Shown: positions 19,108 to 28,143 of the stretch, in pieces
How the letters are laid out: each line of letters begins with the position of its first letter
How positions within the stretch are numbered: the stretch's first letter is position 1
NCBI GenBank assembly: GCA_038213375.1
Contig: JBBQTB010000008.1
Location: 75,180 to 139,179 of the forward strand
DNA: 64,000 nucleotides
From: Bacteroidales bacterium
GTDB taxonomy: Bacteria; Bacteroidota; Bacteroidia; Bacteroidales; JAAUTT01
Direction of reading: 5' to 3'
Position numbers and translations under genes: made by a program
Notes under the pieces: model-generated
What the model was told of the DNA's origin: nothing
What the model saw: only the letters and a program-made list of their open reading frames with translations
The model's database searches: none

Positions 19108-19125
19108 GTTTAATCACACTTTCAT

Positions 19126-20577
19126 ATGTTACGAAAATATTTAAAAAATAAGCTTTCAATTGCCGGATCAATTAAATTAACACAATCAAAGGCAATGAAT
19201 CTATTGGGCGAAATGTTTGCAGCCATAAAAGGCAGCGAACAGGACTACACCAAAATTGGCCTTAACAAATCGATATTTCTGCTTGCCGTTCCTATGGTTC
19301 TTGAGATGATGATGGAATCGCTTTTCGCTATTGTCGATATATTTTTTGTATCCCGGCTCGGTTCCGATGCAATCGCGACAGTTGGACTTACTGAATCGAT
19401 GATGACCATTATATACGCCATTGGCTTTGGGTTAAGCGCTGGTACTACTGCCATTATTTCAAGACGCATAGGCGAGAATAACAGAGAGGGAGCTTCTGTT
19501 GCCGCCTCGCAGGCAATAATAGCAGGTATATTTATAGCCTTGGTTTTAGCTATTCCAGGATTATTTTTTTCCGAACAATTGCTACGACTGATGGGAGCAT
19601 CGGAGAAGTTAATTATCGATAACCACATGTTTACGGCCATTATGCTTAGTGGAAACATCGTTATATTGCTGCTTTTCATCATTAATGCCGCTTTTCGCAG
19701 TGCCGGTGATGCAGCCATTGCCATGAGAGTGCTTTGGTATGCCAACATATTGAATATGATTCTTGACCCATGCCTCATCTTTGGTCTGGGGCCATTTCCT
19801 GCACTTGGCATAAAAGGCGCTGCCATCGCTACTAGCACTGGCAGGGGATTAGCGGTAATTTACCAAATATATCTTTTATTCTCAGGCAAAAGAGGGATAA
19901 AACTATTATTATCACATATAAAGATAAAATGGAAAGTGCTTCGGCAAATTTTTAAACTCTCACTTGGAGGAACGATGCAAAACCTTATAGCCACCACCAG
20001 CTGGGTATTTATGGTAAGAACGTTATCCGTCTTCGGGAGCGAAGTTGTGGCCGGTTACACTATAGCCATTCGAATTGTTATATTCTCACTTCTTCCATCG
20101 TGGGGTCTGAGCAACGCGGCATCAACACTTGTAGGACAGAATCTTGGTGCCGGAAAACCTGAGCGCGCCGAACGGGCCGCCTGGATTACAAGCATCGCAA
20201 ATATTATTGTTATGGGAATTGCCGGTGTTTTCCTTATCTCTTTCCCACACGTGTTTATAAAGCTATTTTCTACCAACGCCTTGGTTATCGAAAAGGGAGC
20301 GGTTTGTTTGCGAATGATCAGTTACGGATTTATATTTTACGGATTAGGAATGGTGATGGTACAATCTATTAACGGGGCTGGAGATACATATACTCCCACC
20401 TATATTAACCTATTCTGTTTTTGGGGGCTTGAAATTCCGCTGGCTTATTTGCTTGCAATTCATTTGGGTGTCGGTGAAAAAGGGGTTTACATCGCAATTG
20501 TTATTGCCGAAACCATGTTAGCAATTACCGGGTTCATTATTTTCCGCAAAGGAAAATGGAAGCTGAAAAAAGTGTAG
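19126..20577 (+). CDS. MATE-family multidrug/toxin efflux transporter
   Basis: 12-TM profile with LAVPMVLEMMMESLFAIVDIFFVSRLG and a second-half repeat ...LSLGGTMQNL.... The true start may be the ATG at 19195 (MNLLGEMF). Confidence 0.85.
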   Translation: MLRKYLKNKLSIAGSIKLTQSKAMNLLGEMFAAIKGSEQDYTKIGLNKSIFLLAVPMVLEMMMESLFAIVDIFFVSRLGSDAIATVGLTESMMTIIYAIGFGLSAGTTAIISRRIGENNREGASVAASQAIIAGIFIALVLAIPGLFFSEQLLRLMGASEKLIIDNHMFTAIMLSGNIVILLLFIINAAFRSAGDAAIAMRVLWYANILNMILDPCLIFGLGPFPALGIKGAAIATSTGRGLAVIYQIYLLFSGKRGIKLLLSHIKIKWKVLRQIFKLSLGGTMQNLIATTSWVFMVRTLSVFGSEVVAGYTIAIRIVIFSLLPSWGLSNAASTLVGQNLGAGKPERAERAAWITSIANIIVMGIAGVFLISFPHVFIKLFSTNALVIEKGAVCLRMISYGFIFYGLGMVMVQSINGAGDTYTPTYINLFCFWGLEIPLAYLLAIHLGVGEKGVYIAIVIAETMLAITGFIIFRKGKWKLKKV

Positions 20578-20600
20578 AATAAGTTGTAAATAATAGTTTA

Positions 20601-20733
20601 TCAACGTCGTTGACTTAATCAAAATTAACCCCAACCCCTTCAAAAGGGGCAACAACTTGTGACTAGCACGGCTCAAGTTAGCCCTCCTTTTTAAGGTGGG
20701 TTGGGCGGTTAAAACCTTAAGTCAACGACATTG
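20601..20733. repeat. structured inverted-repeat element (MITE-like or ncRNA-like)
   Basis: Arms GTCGTTGACTTAA..TTAACC..CCAACCC (from 20606) and GGGTTGG..GGTTAA..TTAAGTCAACGAC (to 20729) are imperfectly complementary over about 33 nt. They flank about 60 nt containing small hairpins such as CCCCTTCAAAAGGGG. Confidence 0.5.
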
Positions 20734-20862
20734 TATTAAGAATAGATTAATGAATGAGGATGTGCATTTGGAAGGTTAGATTTTTTCGATTATCCTTAAA
20801 CAAATTATTGTAACATTTACGTTTGTTAATCGTCCTAATGAAATAATATAGCAATTTACCCT

Positions 20863-23487
20863 ATGAGACACCTGTTATTTTTTTCAATCTTAGCAAATCT
20901 ATTTGTTGCAACTTATAGCCAGGGAATCAGGGGAATTATTACCGATGAAAAGAAAGAGCCGATTCCGTTTGCAACTATTTATATTGAAAACCTAAAAACG
21001 GGTGCCAGTTCGAATGCAAATGGCAGATTTGAGATCAATCTGAAATCAGGCACTTACACTATCCTTTTCCGATCGCTTGGTTACAAGCAGGTGAGAAAGG
21101 AAGTTTCTGTTGGTAGTTCATTGCAAACAATCGATATTGCGATGATTACCGAGAGTTATCAGATAAAAGAAGTAACTATTACACAAAATTCGGAAGATCC
21201 TGCTTATGCCATTATGCGACGGGTAATTGCATGGGCGCCCTATCACCTCAATCAGGTCAAACATTATCAATCGGAATTGTACATGAAAGGCACCATGATT
21301 CTGGATAAAATGCCACGATTGTTGGCGAAAAAGATGACATTTTCGGATAAAAACGGGAAAGAGATTAAAATTAAAACAGGTTATGCATATCTTGATGAAT
21401 CGATGAATGAAATAACTTTTGATGCACCGAATAAATACAAACAAAAAGTTAAATCGTTACGATCGACTTTCCCTGAAAACAGTAATCAACCCGTAACCCC
21501 TGTTGAGTTCATAAAAACAAGTTTTTATCAACCTGAAATACTTGAACAAATATCTCCTATTTCGCCAAAATCTTTTTCCCATTACCTATTCTCTTACGAA
21601 GGCTTTAGCAAGGAAGGCGACTATCTGGTGGATAAAATTAAAGTGATTCCCCGTCGCAAAAGCCAGAAGTTATTTTCCGGGTACATCTACATAGTTGAAC
21701 AATACTGGTGCTTGCATTCCGTTGATCTTCGTAACGAGCAATTCTGGGGCTCTATTGATATCAAACAAATTTATTCGCCGGTAATTGACAATGCCTGGCT
21801 ACCAATAAGTCATACTTTCCGTGTTGAAGCTTCAATGTTAGGTATTAAAGGACGATACAATTACATATCTACCGTTAAATTCACAAATCTGCAAATCAAT
21901 GAGCGGTTGAAAGGGCCTGTGGTTGCCAAATTGCCGGATCGGCCTTCTGGTGCAGAGGAAGAGAACAACAAAACGCAAAAATTGCTTACTAAGAAGGATT
22001 TTACAAAGCGCGATTTGCGAAAAGTGGTAAAAGCAACCCGTGAGGAAGAGAAGAAAAACAAACGAGATACTATAAAATCGCTCGAAATAAAAGATAGGCG
22101 TTCTGATGTTAAGATTGAAGTAGATTCATTAGCATCTAGGCGCGACACTTCCTTTTGGAATACTATGCGACCTGTTCCATTGACCGTCGAAGAGGTTAAA
22201 AGTTTCCACGTCAAGGATTCGGTGATCATCAATACTCAACCCAAGGCCAAAAACGATACTATAAAAAAATCAACAAAAAAGAAATTACCGGAGCCAATAA
22301 AGAACTTATTTTTTGGCTCATCGAAGTACTTGAAACATTTAAAAACAAACATAAGCTATAGCGGTTTGGTAGCTCCAAAATACCTTGCATTCAATACAGT
22401 GGACGGTTGGGTTTATGGGCAATCATTTAATTGTAACACACGCATCGATAGTATTCATAGTTTTTCAATTAAACCTGTCGGTTACTATGCCTTCAATCGT
22501 AAAACATTCATGGGAGTGGTTACGGGGAAATACCTTTATGCACCTTTTAAAAACGGTGAATTTTCAATTGATGGAGGCACTGTCAGTTCCGATTTTAATC
22601 AAACCTCAGGAATAAATGACAGGATAAATACTATTGCGTCGCTATTCTTAAGGTATAATTATATGAAACTATTCGAAAAACGACATGTTACTGTTGGCAA
22701 CCAAATTGACCTGGCAAACGGATTACAACTTTCAACATCGGCAACCTATATGCAAACCCGATTCCTGAAAAATACCAGCGATTATTCGTTTTTCTTCAGG
22801 AACAAAAGAGATTATACTTCAAATGTTCCGAACAACGACGTTTTCCTTCAGTCACAAAATTCGAATTATAAAAGTTTTTCGGTGAATGCCGGCTTAAGTT
22901 ACACACCGGAATATTACTATAAAATAGAAAATCATCGTAAAAAAATGATCCGGTCTAAATATCCAACCTTCAATGTGAACTACAAAGGCGGATTGATTGG
23001 GATCCTTGGCAGCAACTCATCCTATAATTTATTTTCAGGGAGTTTGAATCAACACATCGAAACTTCGAGTGGAAGTGCCTTACAATACCGACTGGAAAGT
23101 GGGGTTTTCATTAGTGTAAAAGATATTCAATTCTCTGAGTTCAAGCATTTCAATACACAGTTTATGGCGGTTCAGTTTACAGATTTTGAAAATTCCTTTC
23201 AACTACTTGATTTCTATAGATACAGCACTTCGAAAAATTATATTGAAGGACACATCCAATATCAAACCGATTTGCTGCTGCTGAAGCGACTTCCTTTAAT
23301 ATCAAACACGATATGGAACGAAAACCTGTATCTGAATTACCTTAACACACCAGCGTTAAAAAATTATGTTGAACTTGGTTATGGCGTCGGTCAGATTTAT
23401 CTCATTGGAAATATTAGTGTCTTTGGGTCGTTTGAAAATGGAAAGTATAAATCTGTAGGAGTGAGGTTAGGTTTGAAGTTTAATTAA
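20863..23487 (+). CDS. CarboxypepD_reg-like domain plus DUF5686 outer-membrane-associated protein
   Basis: Signal peptide followed by GIITDEKKEPIPFATIYIENLKTGASSNANGRFEINLKSGTYTILFRSLGYK, a carboxypeptidase-regulatory-like fold. The long C-terminal region has a beta-barrel-like ending. Confidence 0.7.
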   Translation: MRHLLFFSILANLFVATYSQGIRGIITDEKKEPIPFATIYIENLKTGASSNANGRFEINLKSGTYTILFRSLGYKQVRKEVSVGSSLQTIDIAMITESYQIKEVTITQNSEDPAYAIMRRVIAWAPYHLNQVKHYQSELYMKGTMILDKMPRLLAKKMTFSDKNGKEIKIKTGYAYLDESMNEITFDAPNKYKQKVKSLRSTFPENSNQPVTPVEFIKTSFYQPEILEQISPISPKSFSHYLFSYEGFSKEGDYLVDKIKVIPRRKSQKLFSGYIYIVEQYWCLHSVDLRNEQFWGSIDIKQIYSPVIDNAWLPISHTFRVEASMLGIKGRYNYISTVKFTNLQINERLKGPVVAKLPDRPSGAEEENNKTQKLLTKKDFTKRDLRKVVKATREEEKKNKRDTIKSLEIKDRRSDVKIEVDSLASRRDTSFWNTMRPVPLTVEEVKSFHVKDSVIINTQPKAKNDTIKKSTKKKLPEPIKNLFFGSSKYLKHLKTNISYSGLVAPKYLAFNTVDGWVYGQSFNCNTRIDSIHSFSIKPVGYYAFNRKTFMGVVTGKYLYAPFKNGEFSIDGGTVSSDFNQTSGINDRINTIASLFLRYNYMKLFEKRHVTVGNQIDLANGLQLSTSATYMQTRFLKNTSDYSFFFRNKRDYTSNVPNNDVFLQSQNSNYKSFSVNAGLSYTPEYYYKIENHRKKMIRSKYPTFNVNYKGGLIGILGSNSSYNLFSGSLNQHIETSSGSALQYRLESGVFISVKDIQFSEFKHFNTQFMAVQFTDFENSFQLLDFYRYSTSKNYIEGHIQYQTDLLLLKRLPLISNTIWNENLYLNYLNTPALKNYVELGYGVGQIYLIGNISVFGSFENGKYKSVGVRLGLKFN

Positions 23488-23766
23488 ATGAATACTTTCT
23501 GGCATTAAGTACTCACTTTTTAGATTTACATTAATGTTTACGCAAGGTTACAAAACCGCTCCGAACCATACTTTCACCTTGATTTGAAAAGGAAAAAGCT
23601 CTACTTGATAAACCCAACGCACATTGCAGCACATTTGCAAGCACATACGAGCCAACGCTCAAACCAAAGGCTCGCAAAAGAGCTGCAATTTTGCTGACAC
23701 ACCATTGCGATATTGATGATTATAACCTTAAATTAGCGACTTAATTAATTACTATACAGAAACAGA

Positions 23767-25431
23767 ATGAATTTATTTGACACAGGTATTGAAAAAGGTC
23801 TAATTCGGTTTGACGAAGACAGAAATTTCATAACATATATTCATCAAAACAAAAAGCGCAATTTCAACAACCCCGAAGAAAAAGTTCAGGCAGAAACGTT
23901 TTTGAGTTTAGTTTTAATTTATGGTTATCCTGCAAACAGGATTAAGCAATTTGTTTCTGTTCAGATGGGTTCTGAAACAAAGGAAGCCGATATTATTGTT
24001 CATTCTGATGATAATTGCGAAAGCCCTTTCATATTAGTCGAATGTAAAAAGGAAGAAATTACAGACCGTATCAAAAAGATTTATGCAATTGGCGAGAAGG
24101 AAGCTCCTGAAGTTTTCAAAGACGGCATTGCTCTTTCTTCACAAGAAACGCTAACTATTGTAAAGTATTTTCAAAGGATTAACCTCAATAAAACTGACCT
24201 CGATAGCAAAGGTAAAGCCTTTGAAACTTTCATGGGCAGTTACTTTCGTGGCGACTTCGGGCAGTATTTTACACCTCGTCCAATCGTAAAATTTATTGTC
24301 GATTGTGTTCCAATTAATCATAAATCAAGAGTACTCGACACAAGTTGCGGAAGTGGAGGCTTTTTGCTTTATGCGCTTGATAAAGTTCGTGAACAAGCCA
24401 ACGAGTTTTACGACCCAATCAAAAACGAAAAAGACCATTACAAACATTGGCACGATTTCGCCGAAAAGAATTTGTTTGGTATCGAGATTAACGAACAGAT
24501 TGCACGTACCGCCAAAATGAATATGATTATTCACGACGACGGACACACCAACGTAATTGCATCAGACGGACTTTTGAGCGACGAGGAAATGCAAGTTAAA
24601 TCACGAAACAAAGAATTTAAATACAATTCGTTCGATTTCATTATTACCAACCCATCTTTCGGAAGTAGTATTAAGCAAACAGAAAAAGCATATTTGCACC
24701 AATACCAATTAGGAAAGAAAGAAGAAGATTGGTTAGCTGTAAAAGCTTTAAAAGAATCTTTAAGAGATTCTCAATCTACTGAAGTTCTATTTTTGGAACA
24801 ATGTCACAAGTTCTTAACCGAAACTGGCTATTTGGCGGTTGTAATACCCGACGGTATTTTAACCAATAGCAGCATGCAATATGTGCGAGACAATTTAGAG
24901 GAAATGTATCGCATTGTTGCCGTTGTTTCAATGCCTCAAACCGCTTTTAGTGCTAATAGTGCGGGTGTTAAAAGCTCTGTTTTGTTCTTGCGTAAGCAGT
25001 CTGAAAAACAGACTGAAAAAATAGCAAACCAAAAAGCCAAATTAAAAGAGGATATAAAAACCGACAATAAATACATTCTCACAGTCGAGAAATGGGAAAA
25101 GGAAAAGGCAACTGCCATTAAAAAACTGGAAGACGACGCCAAAAAGCAAAACCCAAAGGCAAGCAAAAAAGAAATAACAGATGCCGTTCAAGTCGATAAA
25201 TCGGCAATACAATCTGCCTTTACCGACAAAGTGAATTTACTGAAAGAAGAACTGACCGAAAAGTATTTCTTAGCCAAACAAAATACTTTAGACGATTACC
25301 CTATTTTTATGGCAATTGCCGAGGATATTGGCTACGATGCAACAGGGCGCAGCACCAACAACAACGAGCTAATTGAAATAGGCAAAGAGCTTTCTAAGTT
25401 TATTGCCCACATAAATAAAACAGAAGTATAG
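23767..25431 (+). CDS. hsdM: N6-adenine DNA methyltransferase (HsdM-like) with an N-terminal HsdR_N-like domain
   Basis: Motif I LDTSCGSGGFL. Motif IV reads NPSFG instead of the canonical NPPF/Y. The N-terminal ...EADIIVHSDD...FILVECKK resembles the PD-(D/E)XK-like HSDR_N fold. Confidence 0.75.
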   Translation: MNLFDTGIEKGLIRFDEDRNFITYIHQNKKRNFNNPEEKVQAETFLSLVLIYGYPANRIKQFVSVQMGSETKEADIIVHSDDNCESPFILVECKKEEITDRIKKIYAIGEKEAPEVFKDGIALSSQETLTIVKYFQRINLNKTDLDSKGKAFETFMGSYFRGDFGQYFTPRPIVKFIVDCVPINHKSRVLDTSCGSGGFLLYALDKVREQANEFYDPIKNEKDHYKHWHDFAEKNLFGIEINEQIARTAKMNMIIHDDGHTNVIASDGLLSDEEMQVKSRNKEFKYNSFDFIITNPSFGSSIKQTEKAYLHQYQLGKKEEDWLAVKALKESLRDSQSTEVLFLEQCHKFLTETGYLAVVIPDGILTNSSMQYVRDNLEEMYRIVAVVSMPQTAFSANSAGVKSSVLFLRKQSEKQTEKIANQKAKLKEDIKTDNKYILTVEKWEKEKATAIKKLEDDAKKQNPKASKKEITDAVQVDKSAIQSAFTDKVNLLKEELTEKYFLAKQNTLDDYPIFMAIAEDIGYDATGRSTNNNELIEIGKELSKFIAHINKTEV

Positions 25432-25434
25432 GTT

Positions 25435-26430
25435 ATGGAAAATTCTACCATTATTATTTACCAAACCGAAAACGGCAATACTAAAATAGAAACCCGTTTA
25501 GAAAACGAAACTGTTTGGCTTACTCAGGCAAAAATGAGCGAACTTTTCGGGAAAGACCGAACGGTAATTACCAAGCATATAAATAATATTTTTGAAGAAC
25601 AGGAATTAGACGAAAAAAGTAATGTGCAAATATTGCACATTGCAAATTCCGACCGTCCAACCAAGTTTTATAATCTCGATGTTATTATTTCAGTTGGTTA
25701 CCGTGTAAAAAGCCATCAGGGAACCAAGTTTCGCCAATGGGCTACAGCCCGCCTTCGTGAATATATTGTAAAAGGGTTTGCAATGAACGACGAATTGCTC
25801 AAACAAGCAGGTGGAGGCAATTATTTCGAAGAATTATTGGCGCGTATTCGCGATATACGTTCGTCCGAAAAAATATTTTGGCGAAAAGTATTGGACATTT
25901 ACGCTACCAGTATCGATTACGACCCAAAATTAGAAATGTCTATCCTGTTTTTTCAAACAGTACAAAATAAAATGCATTGGGCGGCACACGGTCACACCGC
26001 TGCCGAAATTATATACCATCGAATTGATGCAAAAAAAGAAAATCTCGGGCTTACCCATATTAAGGGAAACAAACCCACCAAACAGGAAACAGAAATAGCA
26101 AAAAACTATTTAAACGAAGATGAGTTAAACCTACTCAACCGAATGGTAACAGCCTATTTAGAATTGGCCGAATTGCAAGCCCTTAACCGCCAACCAATGT
26201 ACATGAAAGACTGGATACAGCGTTTAGACGATTTTGTGAAAATGACCGGAAACAATATTCTGCAACATGCCGGAACCATAAGCCACCAGCAAGCACTTAA
26301 AAAAGCCAATGCCGAATACGAAAAATATAAAGAACTTACAAAAAATGAACTCTCCGAGGCAGAAAAACACTTTGTTAAACAAATAGAAACTACTGCTAAA
26401 AAGTTGAACCCCAAGAAGCCTAAGAAATAA
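25435..26430 (+). CDS. rhuM: RhuM-family virulence/DNA-binding protein
   Basis: IIYQTENGNTKIETRLENETVWLTQAKMSELFGKDRTVITKHINNIF...NLDVIISVGYRVKSHQGTKFRQWAT is the characteristic RhuM N-terminus. The gene is embedded between hsdM and hsdS, as is often seen. Confidence 0.8.
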   Translation: MENSTIIIYQTENGNTKIETRLENETVWLTQAKMSELFGKDRTVITKHINNIFEEQELDEKSNVQILHIANSDRPTKFYNLDVIISVGYRVKSHQGTKFRQWATARLREYIVKGFAMNDELLKQAGGGNYFEELLARIRDIRSSEKIFWRKVLDIYATSIDYDPKLEMSILFFQTVQNKMHWAAHGHTAAEIIYHRIDAKKENLGLTHIKGNKPTKQETEIAKNYLNEDELNLLNRMVTAYLELAELQALNRQPMYMKDWIQRLDDFVKMTGNNILQHAGTISHQQALKKANAEYEKYKELTKNELSEAEKHFVKQIETTAKKLNPKKPKK

Positions 26431-27532
26431 TGAGCAGCTTTACTATTTCACCAGCTCTAAATAAAAACCGTGTTTTCATTTTGCAACGAAGCAAAATTGA
26501 AAAACGGCTCGACCCATTTTATTACGTCCCCGAATTACTCGAACTCGAAAAAAAGGTCTTAGCAAAAGAACCCAAAAAGTTAAGAAATGGCGTTTTAGAG
26601 TTCGACGATTGCAAGTATATAAACGAGGAAACTCATAACGGAATGTTGAAACGTAGTCAGGTTTTAGCAGGCGATTTACTGATTAAAATTACAGGAGTTG
26701 GGCGTATGGCGGTTGCTTCGGTGGTACCCGAATGTTTTGAAGGAAATATAAATCAGCAAGTTTGTGTTGTTAAAACAGGAAGCAAAGAAATTAGCGAAAC
26801 ACTTGCAGCATTTCTAAATTCCGATATTGGTGAGAAACTTGCAAGCCGCAGAAGCACTGGCGGAACTCGCCCAGCATTAGATTATCCTGCTTTACTTTCT
26901 ATTCCAATTATTGAAGACAAACGTATTTTACTGATTACAGCCAAAGTAATTGAGCAAAAACAAAAAAATGAAGCCCAAGCCGAAAAACTATTGGCAAGCA
27001 TTGATGATTATTTGCTTAAAGAGTTGGGTATTACTTTGCCTGAATTAACAGAGAATACGTTAGCAAAAAGAATTTTTACATCGTCTTTGCGAGAGATATC
27101 AGGTGATAGATTTGACCCCCTATGGTTTTTATATCTGAAAACAATTAGCAATTCAAAATATCCTACAAAACCACTTAAAACGCTTTTAAGTGAAAGAACC
27201 AACCTTAGGGTATAAATAGTTTTTTTGTTGGATATATGATACGGTTCAAAATGGATTCAACTATCGCAGTGCCTGATTATGTTTTTGCTTTTACACAATC
27301 ATCAATTTACAAGCTTTGGACTAAAGCTATTCAGCGTTCCACCGGACAACCAAATATTAATAGTGAAGAGTACAAAAATCTCAATATTCCAGTTCCACCA
27401 CTCTAGAAGCAAAAAGAAATAGCCGACCATACTACAGCTATCAGGCAACAAGCCCAACAGCTAAAAGACAAGCAGCTGAACCTGCATATAGGTTGGCAAC
27501 CGATGCAAGAGACGTATCATTTAAACCATTAA
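26430..27532 (+). pseudogene. hsdS: type I restriction specificity subunit HsdS, disrupted
   Basis: 26430..27215 encodes TRD1, the central coiled coil and the start of TRD2, then stops. 27236..27532 in another frame encodes the end of TRD2 plus the conserved C-terminal helix, with an in-frame TAG at 27404-27406 (NIPVPPL*KQKEIADH). Confidence 0.75.
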
Positions 27533-27537
27533 GCCCC

Positions 27538-27850
27538 TTAGTGCATATAATTGCCTAATTTTAAATACGTAAGGATCTGAGCGGTATGTACCTCATTTAA
27601 AAATTCTACTGTTTTAATCTCAATTACAACTTTATTCTCAACTAGTAAATCAATTCTGTAACCATGATCAAGCTTAATATCCTTATATACTATAGGCATA
27701 GGTTTTTCGTTTTGAACTTCAAGCCCTGAAATCTTTAGTTCATAAAATAAACATTCCTGGTAAGCAGACTCTAATAAGTCTGGCCCCAAGTTGACTGTGT
27801 AATTCTATTGCACAACCTATAATTTTATTAGATAATTCGTTTTCAGTCAT
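27538..27850 (-). pseudogene. GxxExxY-family (PD-(D/E)XK-like) protein, frameshifted
   Basis: The ATG at 27850 gives MTENELSNKIIGCAIELHSQLG. The reading then shifts by 1 nt into the track ORF (L)GPDLLESAYQECLFYELK...; the two parts together form the normal family sequence. Confidence 0.7.
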
Positions 27851-27941
27851 TCGATTATTGAGTCCACTCCAAAAACGATGTTTTTGGTAATTCGTAGTAT
27901 TTATAGTTTCATATACTGCTGAATAATAACACGTTAAATTT

Positions 27942-28085
27942 GTGTAATTCGTGTAATTCGTGTCAAAAGGACTTTTTAGAGTTGACTCATTATTTTAATC
28001 TTTGTGAAACTTAGTGGTTCTTTGAGTCCTTTGTGAAATAGCTATAACACAAAGTTTCACAAAGCATGCACAAAGTTGCTCAAAG
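27942..28085. repeat. cluster of short repeats: GTGTAATTC x2.4 and CTTTGTGAAA / TTTCACAAAG / CACAAAG motifs
   Basis: GTGTAATTC tandem at 27942-27963. CTTTGTGAAA at 28010 and 28029. Inverted TTTCACAAAG at 28055-28064. CACAAAG at 28048 and 28069, and CTCAAAG at 28079. Confidence 0.6.
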
Positions 28086-28143
28086 ATAAATTAACAAATT
28101 TTCATTAGCACCTCAAAAAAAGAATTAACCAAAAAACCACTAA

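Noticed and set aside
23488-23766. ORF-free, slightly GC-richer stretch upstream of hsdM. Examined for a tRNA/tmRNA integration site or att-type direct repeat matching the other islet border (28960-29130).
   Set aside because: I could not find a cloverleaf, a T-loop (GTTCGAATC-like) motif, or convincing direct repeats by eye. It is left unannotated.
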